The notes under the pieces are model-generated. The model searched no databases. It had not been told where the DNA came from and saw only the letters and a program-made list of their open reading frames with translations. The translations under genes and the position numbers were made by a program. From the NCBI RefSeq assembly GCF_000281045.1, contig NW_008246081.1, positions 1-64,000 on the forward strand: a stretch of 64,000 nt of DNA, in the 5' to 3' direction. The stretch comes from Saprolegnia diclina VS20. Its lineage: Eukaryota. Shown one piece after another: positions 37,000 to 46,391 of this stretch. The stretch's first letter is position 1. Every line of letters starts with the position of its first letter.

Positions 37000-38898
37000 C
37001 TACGTCGAGAGCGTCCGCGTCCGCGTGAACGCCTTGCCAATGTTGCCACCGGGGTGGTTCTTCTTGAACGTGCAGCGCTTGATGCCCGTGAGGGCGACGA
37101 CTGACTCGGCGACCGCGTTGCAGACCGACTCCTGCGTCACAATGCTCCGCGTCGGAACGCTGTCAAAGAGCCAGTCTTCGGCCGGCGTGTAGATCGGGAA
37201 GTCGCTCGCCTTGAAGAGCGGACTGTCTTCGTTGCCGACGAGGCAGAGCACGTCGACCTCAAACTCGCGGAAGACGTCGGGCAAGTGAAGGAGCTCGGGC
37301 GTCTTGCCGCTGTTGGAGATGAGAATGACCACGTCGCCCGGGTACAAATTGCCGAGCTCGCCGTGCGTCCACTCGCTGCCGTGGATCCACTGCGACGGCA
37401 CCGAGAGCGACGCGAGTGTCGACGCAAAGCGCCGGGCGACGATGCCCGACTTGCCAATGCCGCTGAGGTACACGCGGTTGCGGTTCTCGCGGCACTGCAC
37501 GATGCGCGACACGAACGCCTGGAACTGCGCAGCATACTCGAGGTTCGTAAAGAGGCGGCGCATGTGCTAACACGAGATAAGTCATTCTGACAGACACGGA
37601 TAATTCGCATACCAGGAGCGCGTCGATGTCGCGCGTGAGCGACGCGTTCGGGCCTTCGATCGCGCGCAGCACCGTCTCTTGGTCCACCGAGAGGCGCTTC
37701 GGGAGTGGGTGGAACGCCAGCGGAATGAACTTTTGGACGCGAAAGAACGACTCGTCCGTCGGGAGCGCGCCGAGCGTCTCGCAGCACGCGGCCCGGGTCG
37801 CCCCAGCCAGCTTGCCAATGCGCACGGCGCTGTCCGTGTCTTCTGGCATGCCCCAGTGGTGGAAACCGGCGATGAGCCCGCCAAAGAAGGCGTCTTCCGC
37901 ACCCGCAGCGTCCGTCAACGAGACGTTCGACGGCAACGGAATGACAGCCGAGAAGCTCTTGCCGCCGCCGAGCTTGTACGCGATCACGGCGCCCGCCGCG
38001 CCGTCCGTGATTGCCACGAACGGGACTTGGAACTTTTCGCGCATGCGGATCGCAATCTCGTCGGCAGACGCAGACGGGTCGTTGGTGAGCTCTTTCGCTG
38101 CCTCCAGCGTCGCCTTGACTACCGTGCTCTTGGCGATGCAGCGCTCGAGGGTCTCCCAGTCGCCAAGCTCGGCTTCATGAATCGCGACAGACGGAAGGAG
38201 GGCCACGTCGAGAAAGCGCATTGAGCCTGCGTGGGATATGAGTGTTGGATGATGTAGTGAGTCGATGGCACGCACCAGCATCCGTGGCGATGTCGAGCAT
38301 CTCTTCGACTGAGGCCAGAGGCACTTGGTTGATCTCGAGCGAGACGGCCTTGGCCTTCTGGATCGGCTCGGAGAAGAAGAGCTTCATGGCGTTGGAGGGC
38401 AGCTCCATCATGGAGCCGGGCGATACGATCGAGCACTTGTCGCCCGTCGAGCTCACGAACGTCTGGCACACAGAGCTCTCAAACTCGTCCTTCTGGACCA
38501 TGTAGTCGGTGCTGATGTTGTGCTTGCGCATGGTTTCGCGGATCATGTCGCCATACTTGTCCGCGCCCTGGTCACACCGGCGTCATGCACTGATACGCCG
38601 TCGAGCTATCATTTCTACCTGCAGCGACAAGAGGCTCGAGTTGACGCCGAGCACTTGGACCCAGGCCGAGTGGTGCAGCGCGCCGCCCGTGACAATCTCC
38701 TTGGGCGCTGTCTTCTTCTACATACACCGAAGCTACTAAGATGTCATGGCTTACGCCAGCGATTCGTACCGAGTTGAAGACGGTGGCGTGGGCCGCCGGG
38801 AGGCGCTTGACGTGGCTGACGACGTCGACAAGCGACGAGCCGCAGGAGAGGAGGTCGAAGGCGCTGGTCGAGTGCGACCGGCGCAGGACATGGTGCAT
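37000..38898 (-). CDS. PfkB-family carbohydrate kinase fused to a KdsD/GutQ-like SIS sugar-phosphate isomerase (multi-exon)
   Basis: PfkB motifs (SCGSSLVDV, TGGA, GADKYGDMI, ITDGAAGA, DAAGAEDAFFGG) are joined by a phase-0 46-nt intron (37567-37612) to SIS motifs (SGIGKSGIVARRFASTL, EWTHGELG, ISNSGKTPEL, PTRS, HPGGNIG). Start codon uncertain. Confidence 0.8.
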
Positions 38899-39718
38899 CG
38901 AGGACGAAGGAGCGGGCCAGACCATGTCCATGAGCAGGTGAAATTGGATATGGCGCTGCCGTCGAAGCCGTTGGAAGCCACGTTCATGCCCGCGGGACAT
39001 GTTACGGTGTTGACCAACCAAGATTTAATGTCAATATTTTATTGATTTCACCACCGGAAGCTTCGTATTCGTATGCGTATGAATTAAAATACACCGTATC
39101 CTGGCATTAAAAGAGGTGGTATGGCTGAAAACCTCCGTGGAACTCATTGGGTTTGGCCATTGACGCGTGCGTCTGATTGGCCATGTCCAGTATCGATGAA
39201 GGAATATTACCCAATGAGAAGGCGAGATTACTCAACCGGCAGCGTGGCGGGTGATGAGGTTACACACCAGATTCGGTTGACTGGTTCGAGTGACGTGGAT
39301 TTCCAGCGCACATGGTCTTCAGCATGGGACTTGGTCTTCATCGAGCTTCGACCCGCAAGAGAAGGTCGCGACCGTGCGCCTTGTGCCCTGATCTGGCGCG
39401 CCCATTGGATCTCGTACGACGGCTGGTGAAGACAAGCCAGATAATCACATCATCACGGCGCGGTGGCAAACGAGGGAGGCGCACGAATGCGCAGTAATTT
39501 GACTGGAACTGTCCACAGACGAAAGATGGGCAAATATCCTCCCAGTTTCGGGCGCCGACCTTTCTGGGCCGCCTTTTCCGACCGCGCACGCGTGGTCGTG
39601 CGCCGGTACGATTGGCCAAAATACTTCCTTTTAGCCAATCCAAAGCGCGAATGTTGGCGTCCTACAAACACGCAGTGTAATGGCGATGGGACTTTGCAGT
39701 GGCGCCACACAAGCACGC

Positions 39719-40453
39719 ATGGTCGGGCCCGGTACCAACCACAAGGCGAAGCGAACGCACTGGGACGACGAGATCTTGGAGAGCGCGACCGTCGGGGCCA
39801 CGTGCACGCAAGGTCTCTGGGTCGAGTGCGCGCTGTGCATCGACAAGGCTGGACAGCCCGCGCGCATTGCGAGCGACAATCCGTTTGGCCTCAAAAAATG
39901 GAAGCGCCACGAAGCGAGCAGGGTGCACCTGCGCCACCTCGGCGAACTGGAGGGCGACGTGTCGACGACCACGGTGGCGACTCTCCTCGAGCTCTCGGCA
40001 GGTGGGCTGCAGTGTCCGGGTATGTACAACGGCGAGGCCCAGCACCTGCGGTTGATGATGCAGTTTGGCGACATCAAAGACAACCGCATCGAAATTATCG
40101 TTGACGACGAGCACGCTGGCGCCTTCAGCCTCGGGTGCGCTAAGACGGCGTATGCCCGGCGCTTCGCGCGCAAAAAGTCGACCAAGCACCAGATGAAGCG
40201 TGCGTGCGCCGCCTGCTTTGCGCTCGCGGGCGACGTGTGCGACAGCTTTTGCAAGCGCGTCGACAAGATGGTGCGCGTCGAGCTCGTGCTGGACGCGATG
40301 CTGTCGGGTGAAACCAACGCCGCCGCGCGCAAGGCGATCGTCGACTTTACAAGGAGCAACCAAAAGGCCAACCCGAACTGGAACCATCTCTTGGCAAAGG
40401 CCAAAGCGTACAAGCAGTCCGTCGCTCGTGACGATAGTCTAGTACGTGGCTAA
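39719..40453 (+). CDS. Hypothetical Cys/His zinc-finger protein
   Basis: Intronless ORF with CALC...WKRHEASRVH (C2H2/U1-like) and CPG...C...CAAC. Confidence 0.65.
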   Translation: MVGPGTNHKAKRTHWDDEILESATVGATCTQGLWVECALCIDKAGQPARIASDNPFGLKKWKRHEASRVHLRHLGELEGDVSTTTVATLLELSAGGLQCPGMYNGEAQHLRLMMQFGDIKDNRIEIIVDDEHAGAFSLGCAKTAYARRFARKKSTKHQMKRACAACFALAGDVCDSFCKRVDKMVRVELVLDAMLSGETNAAARKAIVDFTRSNQKANPNWNHLLAKAKAYKQSVARDDSLVRG

Positions 40454-40679
40454 ACTACGTGATCTTGGTCTCAATCGCACGCAAAGCGATGCCAATGCAC
40501 CAAATCCGCAACGCAGCAGAGCTGCCGGAGGCCATGTCATTTCTATTATGGCAGCCAATCAGACGACGGCGTTTCGATCCAAGCATTTTGGCCAATGAAA
40601 TGAGAGCTTGAATCCGGAAATGCTCCGGGTTTGAACTCCGGCTGGGATTTCCGGAGCCAGCCCGAAAACAGACAGCGCG

Positions 40680-42110
40680 ATGGAGAAGCAGCTCCTGGTC
40701 CGGCTCGAGCAAGCATGGAGCTCGTCGGACGTCGGCGCGTTCTTGGACGCGCCCAAGCTCACGGAGATCATGCCTCACTTCAGCCTCATGGAGCCAAGCG
40801 CGAAGGTCCGCCTCCTCATGGCACTCCAGGTCGCCCAGCAGGAGCTCATGCGCCAGCACCTGTCGCGCGAGCGCCACTTGAACCCGCAGGCATCGTCGGG
40901 CGGCGTCGTGACCTCTGCCGGCCTGCCAATGCACCTTCTGAAGCAGATCTTGGCTCTTGCCGACTCGGACGCGGACGAATGGGTCAAAATTGGCTCCGGG
41001 CTCGTGCGCAAAATGCTCTTTCCGGCAGTGGGCACCGAGAGCGACTTCTTCAACGACTACATGGCGTCGACGCTCAAGCAGGTGCTCGGCAAGGTTGACG
41101 CGTACCGCGGCGCCGACCTCGCGATCGACGACTGGTTCTCCCACGACCTCGCGTACTTGAACGCCGACCACCCCAAGGTCGCGAAGGGCTTCAAGACGTC
41201 GAACGATCACTTTACTGTCGTCGAAGAAAGCAAAAAGACTGCCGAAGACAAGCCCGCAGTGTCATCGCAGGCGTCACGCCAGGTGATGGCCAACCGGCGA
41301 CCAGTGTCCGTCGCGACGGGGCCAGGCGCGCCAGCACCCAAGGCGCCCAAGCCCTCCGTCACGCCAACGTCCGCGATCAACGCGGGGCTTTCAAAGCGGT
41401 CGCTGACAGACATGGGCTCAGAGATCCGTCGTCAAGCCGAGTCGGGCCGCTTCAAACGGCAGCGCAACCGCATCTCAATGATCGACATTGACGAGGTCAA
41501 GCAGATCGAGTCCGAGAAGGCGCAGAAAGCCGAAGAACGGAAGCAGCAAGCGCGACGGGCCAACAAAGCAGCGTCAGCCTCGGCGACCGATGCCAACGCA
41601 TCCGAAGCCGCGGGCGGTGAAGGCGGTGGCGACGGCGAGGCCATTGGCGACGGCGACGACGCCGCTAACGAGCAGCTCGCAGAGACAGAGGTGCCAGATG
41701 TGGCGACCTACGAAGCCAGCAACAGCCTCTCGGAGGTTGCCGAGGTCATGCAGAACTACCAAGACTACAACCAGCTCATGCAGTACGACATGTCGGGGAA
41801 CGAGTCGTTTGTCGTGCAAGAAGGTCTGCACCACTACGATCAGAACAGCAGCCAAGCCGGCATGTACCAGCGGCAACAACAAGTGCAGCAGCAAGGGCAA
41901 CAAGCTCCGCCTTTCCCAGAGCCCATCTCGTATGGCCAGTACATGGACCCGGCGCAGCCAGGCTACAACAATGGCGCCATGTCCAACTACGAAGAGGCTC
42001 GTGCGGCGCTGCTCCAAATGCAGCAAAGCGGCAACCCAAACAACGCCAACAGCAGCGACTCGTACCAGTACAACGGCGGCTTTATCGACTCGGCCAACTA
42101 CTGGCGCTAA
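40680..42110 (+). CDS. NELF-A (negative elongation factor A)-like protein
   Basis: The N-terminus (WSSSDVGAFL...MEPSAKVRLLMAL...ILALADSDADEWV) resembles the NELF-A N-terminal domain, and RISMIDIDEV resembles its HDAg-like motif. Low-complexity C-terminus. Confidence 0.7.
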   Translation: MEKQLLVRLEQAWSSSDVGAFLDAPKLTEIMPHFSLMEPSAKVRLLMALQVAQQELMRQHLSRERHLNPQASSGGVVTSAGLPMHLLKQILALADSDADEWVKIGSGLVRKMLFPAVGTESDFFNDYMASTLKQVLGKVDAYRGADLAIDDWFSHDLAYLNADHPKVAKGFKTSNDHFTVVEESKKTAEDKPAVSSQASRQVMANRRPVSVATGPGAPAPKAPKPSVTPTSAINAGLSKRSLTDMGSEIRRQAESGRFKRQRNRISMIDIDEVKQIESEKAQKAEERKQQARRANKAASASATDANASEAAGGEGGGDGEAIGDGDDAANEQLAETEVPDVATYEASNSLSEVAEVMQNYQDYNQLMQYDMSGNESFVVQEGLHHYDQNSSQAGMYQRQQQVQQQGQQAPPFPEPISYGQYMDPAQPGYNNGAMSNYEEARAALLQMQQSGNPNNANSSDSYQYNGGFIDSANYWR

Positions 42111-42145
42111 ACGCAGTGTGGTCGAAGAGACACTAGTATATATCC

Positions 42146-42792
42146 TCATGGAATCGCAAATTTAAGGGGCGTGTGCGCCTCGTTCTCACCTACGTACGAT
42201 AAGCTTGCGGTAGAGCTTGAATACGCACCAACTCGAACGAGCTCGTAGACCTGGCGCGGCTTGATGACGTCGAGGCCCCGATCGCGGAGGCGCTCGTTCA
42301 TTTTGACGCGGACGCCTTGGGCGTCGGCAATGTCGAGAACGGCGCTTTGACTCTCTACAGCCTACAGTCGCAGAGCGTATGCAGCGTTTTGATTGCTTGC
42401 CTTTGACGGTCTTCATGACGGCCATGAGCTCTTCCAGTTGCGCTTCGTATTTGGCTTGGAGCTCTGCGTGCAACGTCAACACACTGGACGGTGTACGTAC
42501 TACCTTCGAGCTCGGCGGGCGTCTTTTCGGAGGACTCGACGAGGCCGTAGCTGTGCGCCTCGCGCTCCTTCTTGACGCCTTCGATGTCGATGCCGATTTT
42601 GACCGACTTTTGCCGGCAGAGGTCGTCGACGTCCTTGCTGAACGAGGCCTTGACGAAGCCGAGGAGGATGTCGCACGTGACGTTCGTGTTGAACATCTTG
42701 AGCGGCATGTCGTCTACGCCACTCACTTCTTATTGCGCGTCCTATCTGCGCGCAGAAGGTGTACCAAAGCCGTACTTGATCCAGACAAACAT
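42146..42792 (-). CDS. Small hypothetical protein, C22orf15/CXorf65-like (multi-exon)
   Basis: MFVWIKYG...KMFNTNVTCDILLGFVK, a coiled coil, then LDIADAQG...IKPRQVYELVRV; four predicted short introns. Confidence 0.6.
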
Positions 42793-43119
42793 CGCGCGGT
42801 ATGAGCGGTTTCGCATGCAACTGATCCGGTTCACACAACCGGCTCGGTCCAACCGGTTTGCATCAATCAGGGGTAGGTGAGCCGGGTTGAACGTTCGGCA
42901 CGAATCTTTGGTATTTAAAAAACGGTACCACACAGGACATACAATTAGCTAGCTTAAATCTGCCACAATGGATTAAAATACGCACTAGTCACTACATGCG
43001 TCAGTTGCGCACCACCTCACATTGGGTGGCGGGGACACAGAACGCCCGCTGATTGGCCAAGACTTAAATCGACGAACCAATCGTGTCGCGAGGCGTCCCT
43101 TCGATTTTTTGATTGGGAT

Positions 43120-43136
43120 GCACTTTTGAATTTGCT
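43120..43136 (+). promoter_or_regulatory. Oomycete INR+FPR core promoter (predicted THI5 transcription start), preceded by CCAAT boxes
   Basis: GCACTTTTGAATTTGC resembles INR (YCAYTYY) + FPR (MWTTTNC); ATTGG/CCAAT at ~43021, 43052, 43077 and 43112. Confidence 0.6.
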
Positions 43137-43200
43137 CCAAGCTGCACAAGGTACCGTGATGCATTCGATGCAGTAGGAAGGGTAGTGAGAGATAGACTTT

Positions 43201-43324
43201 GAGCTGCGGGGGGTGCCTGCGGAGTGTCGTCCCATGCGAACGCATGACTATGGCGATCATTCCAGGGCTGAGATTATACCCTTTACACCTGATCCGGTTC
43301 GTACCGGCGGAGGGACAGCAGCTC
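43201..43324 (+). promoter_or_regulatory. TPP riboswitch aptamer 1
   Basis: P1 GAGCTGC/GCAGCTC; GGGTGC; P3 with internal hairpin; CTGAGA (43268-43273); ATACCC; ACCTGATCCGG-TTCGTA-CCGGCGGAGGGA; lies upstream of THI5. Confidence 0.95.
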
Positions 43325-43344
43325 CGAGAAGTGAATATGTTAAC

Positions 43345-43467
43345 CAGCGAGGGGTGCTTGTGGAGTGTCGTCCCAGAGAGACTGTCTTTGTGGGTATGGC
43401 GATCATTCCAGGGCTGAGATCATACCCTTTCTACCTGATCCGGTTCGTACCGGCGGAGGGACTGCTG
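43345..43467 (+). promoter_or_regulatory. TPP riboswitch aptamer 2 (tandem)
   Basis: P1 CAGC/GCTG; GGGGTGC; CTGAGA (43414-43419); ATACCC; ACCTGATCCGGTTCGTACCGGCGGAGGGA identical to aptamer 1. Confidence 0.95.
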
Positions 43468-43594
43468 TGTACTAAAAGAGTGAGAGCTAATATGTATGTG
43501 TGCTCGCCCCCAGATCCAACCCACGACGTACGTACTACGCGTATCGTGTGGTGTGCGCTAACCGCGGCGATGTGTTGATACTTGCAGGACCACC

Positions 43595-44641
43595 ATGGCC
43601 CCCAGCGCTCCGCTCAAGAAGACCACGTTCCTCCTCAACTGGTACGCCAACCCGTACCACACGCCCATCTTCGTCGCCAAGAAGCGCGGCTTTTACGAAG
43701 AAGAAGGCATCGACCTCGCCATCATGGAGACGACCAACCCCAGCGACGTGACTGAGATCGTCGGCTCGGGCGCCGCCGACATGGGCCTCAAGGCGATGAT
43801 CCACATCCTCGCCGCCAAGGATCGTGGCATCAACATTACGTCCATGGGTGCGCTCCTCGACGAGCCCCCGACCGGCCTCATCTTCAAGGCCAGCCTCGGC
43901 ATCACCAAGTTCACCGACATCGTCGGGAAGCGCGTCGGCTACATCGGCCACTTTGGCAAGATCATGATCGACGACTTGGCCAAGCAGGCCGGCCTCGCGC
44001 CGGACAGCTACACCACCGTGCGCGTCGGCATGAACGTGACGGACGCCATCATGCGCGGCGTCATCGACACGGGCATCGGCTTCACCAACTTCCAGCGCCT
44101 CGAGCTCGAGGAGCTCACGGGCGAGCCGGCGGGCATGCTGCGCATCGACGAGTGCAACGGTCTCGGCTGCTGCTGCTTCTGCTCTGTCATGTTTGTCGCG
44201 AGCGACGCGTACTTCCAGAAGAACAAGGACACGGTCGCGGCCTTTCTGCGCGCGACGCGCCGCGCGATGGACATCGTGATCGAGTACCCGGACGTCGCGT
44301 GGGAGGACATGTGCATCATGAACCCGCGCCTCCGCTCCACCAAGCGCATGGTCAACGTCGAGGTCGAGGTCGACGGCAAGAAGGCCACTGCGCGCGTCGA
44401 GACGGGCAGCGACGTCTACGAGAAGATCTACCAGCGCACGCTGCCGTACTTTTCGCGCACGCTCCTCAACGTCGAGCGCGACTGGGCCAAGGTCGGCGAC
44501 TTCTGCAAGTACCTCCACGTGCTCGAGAACGAGGTCGACCAGCACACGGTCTACTCGAACGAGCTCGTGCCCGCCATGGGCAAGGCGTCCGTCGAGCCGC
44601 TCACGCCGGGTGGCGTCCTCGGCCTCGTCTCGCAGCAGTAA
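43595..44641 (+). CDS. THI5: THI5/NMT1 HMP-phosphate synthase (thiamine pyrimidine synthesis)
   Basis: FLLNW..NPYH.PIF, NPSDVTE, GLKAMIH (PLP-binding Lys and substrate His), RVGYIGHFGKI, GLGCCCFCS, YFSR.L.NVERDW.KV; good start context CCACCATGG. Confidence 0.97.
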   Translation: MAPSAPLKKTTFLLNWYANPYHTPIFVAKKRGFYEEEGIDLAIMETTNPSDVTEIVGSGAADMGLKAMIHILAAKDRGINITSMGALLDEPPTGLIFKASLGITKFTDIVGKRVGYIGHFGKIMIDDLAKQAGLAPDSYTTVRVGMNVTDAIMRGVIDTGIGFTNFQRLELEELTGEPAGMLRIDECNGLGCCCFCSVMFVASDAYFQKNKDTVAAFLRATRRAMDIVIEYPDVAWEDMCIMNPRLRSTKRMVNVEVEVDGKKATARVETGSDVYEKIYQRTLPYFSRTLLNVERDWAKVGDFCKYLHVLENEVDQHTVYSNELVPAMGKASVEPLTPGGVLGLVSQQ

Positions 44642-44870
44642 AACGCTCCTTGGCGCCGCCTTTAACGCGATGAATCCAATTCTACGTCGTGTTGGGCCCT
44701 TGTCATTCCAGTGGTTACGACTAGCAGCAATAAGATCTCAATGACCTTGGATAGCAGGCATGGCGTAGTAGAGTTCCGGCCACACCAAGTCCTTTGATGA
44801 AGATAGATAACGTCATATTCTTCAGTAGGACGCGCTAGGCTGCAAAAGAAATCCAGCTTGGGCAGCAGCT

Positions 44871-45844
44871 TCAGCTTTTGGCTCGCTTCGGTTCTTGTGT
44901 CTTTTGTGTGGCGTCGCGGGCGCGCTTGTTCCTTGCTGCAGCTTTGGCGCCGAGCCCCGTCGTCGCTGTGAGGTTGTAGTAGTTTCCAGGAGCATCGTGT
45001 TGCGGCGTCGCCCCTGCGGCGTTTGTTTGAGCCCCTGCAAGCACAAGGCCTTGGAGAGATGTCTTCAAGTCGGCGCACGACTCGCACATGGCCGTACTCG
45101 TATGCTTGATGCGCTCCTGGATGTACTGGTATCGCGCGCACTTGGCGTGGCGGAGACGATGGCGTGAGTCCACCGAGACGTTGCCCAGCTGAAAAAAGCG
45201 AAAGAAGCGTTGCACGTCGTCGAGGCCGACGTCGGAGCTGACGAGCCCGGGGCACGCGATAAAGACCTTGCCTCTGTGCGAAATACCGCCGCCATCAAAG
45301 GCGATCATGTGCAGGTCGACTTCAATGGCGAACATCTCGAGCTCTTGCAGTAGTAGCACTGTTCGGCGCCGATCGTCTTCAAGGTCGTTGAGAGCGGCGA
45401 TTTGAAGGGCGTCTAAAACGTGCTTCACTTGCTCTGTGATGCACACCTTCCGTCTCTCGATCGGATCCATAGCGCCCATCATGTACAGTGGGGATCTCAA
45501 CGGCCCGTCCTTCCACTTGGCGAGAACGCGCTTGTAGTTGTGCGCGGCCTGCTCGCACGGCTGGCACCGTTTGGTCGTGGTACCCAGTGGCAGCAGGATG
45601 GGGCATCCGATCGGCCGCACGCCGTTGTGCGAATAGGCGTAGCGCTCGTGGTAACGCAGCTCGTGTGCGCCCTCCGGCAGCCCCGGGCACGGCAGCAGCG
45701 CAGCGGTGTCGGCGGGTCTCATCAAGGCCGTCTCCGAGGCCTCCTTCCGCATGGCATCGTAGCATTTCTTGCACAAACCGCCGCTGCGCAGCGCGCGCGC
45801 GCCTCTCGATTGCACCGGCTGCACCGTGGCGATGGCTTCGCCAT
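44871..45844 (-). CDS. Hypothetical Cys-rich protein, apparently frameshifted near its 5' end
   Basis: Long ORF with two CPG...C...CxxC units. The upstream ATG at 45844 (MAKPSPRCSRCNRE) is out of frame by one GC unit in a (GC)6 run. Confidence 0.6.
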
Positions 45845-46391
45845 CGACCCCTTGTGACGTTTCGAGAGGGGGGATCTTGGTAATTAAAATTGAGACGGGT
45901 TTGATAAATGGTGCATCGCCGACTTGAGCGCTGTGTTGTGGTGGACTCCTTTCGCTTGTAGACTCTCATATATTTGCTTTCGAAAGCCTATTCCTCTGTC
46001 GGCCTCGCTGTACATTCTCAGTTCGGCCGCTGCCCAAAGACGCTCACTCAAATTCCTTCTCGCTTCCCTTCCGCCACTGCTTCGACCAGGAATAAAACTA
46101 GGGCTCCGTCATACACCCCACGTATTGTTCACCTCAGTAGCTTCTCGGAGTGTCATCCGTGCAGTCGTCTTGTGTTCGCTTCGCATCGGATGGGGGGCTG
46201 AGGAGGCTGGAAAGAGTGTGTTTTGTTAAGTCTATAAAAACCCAAAATTAAGTAATTCATCCTTGGTCGCACGCGCACATTCCTTGTCGAAAGTTGCGTG
46301 TTCTCAGTCATACCTCAAAAGACCATTGACCAATCCAAAGCCGCGAAACGCGGCTTGGGAAATCCCAACAATTGGTCACGACTCGGCGACG

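Noticed and set aside
42821..42845. CTGATCCGGTTC identical to the aptamer P4/P5, possible third TPP aptamer
   Set aside because: No CTGAGA, no GGGTG/TACCC P2, no closing AGGGA, and it lies upstream of the predicted transcription start
43201..43467. Tandem aptamers as an assembly duplication artefact
   Set aside because: The copies differ substantially in P1, the P3 tip and J2/4 while keeping base pairing, and there is no gap nearby
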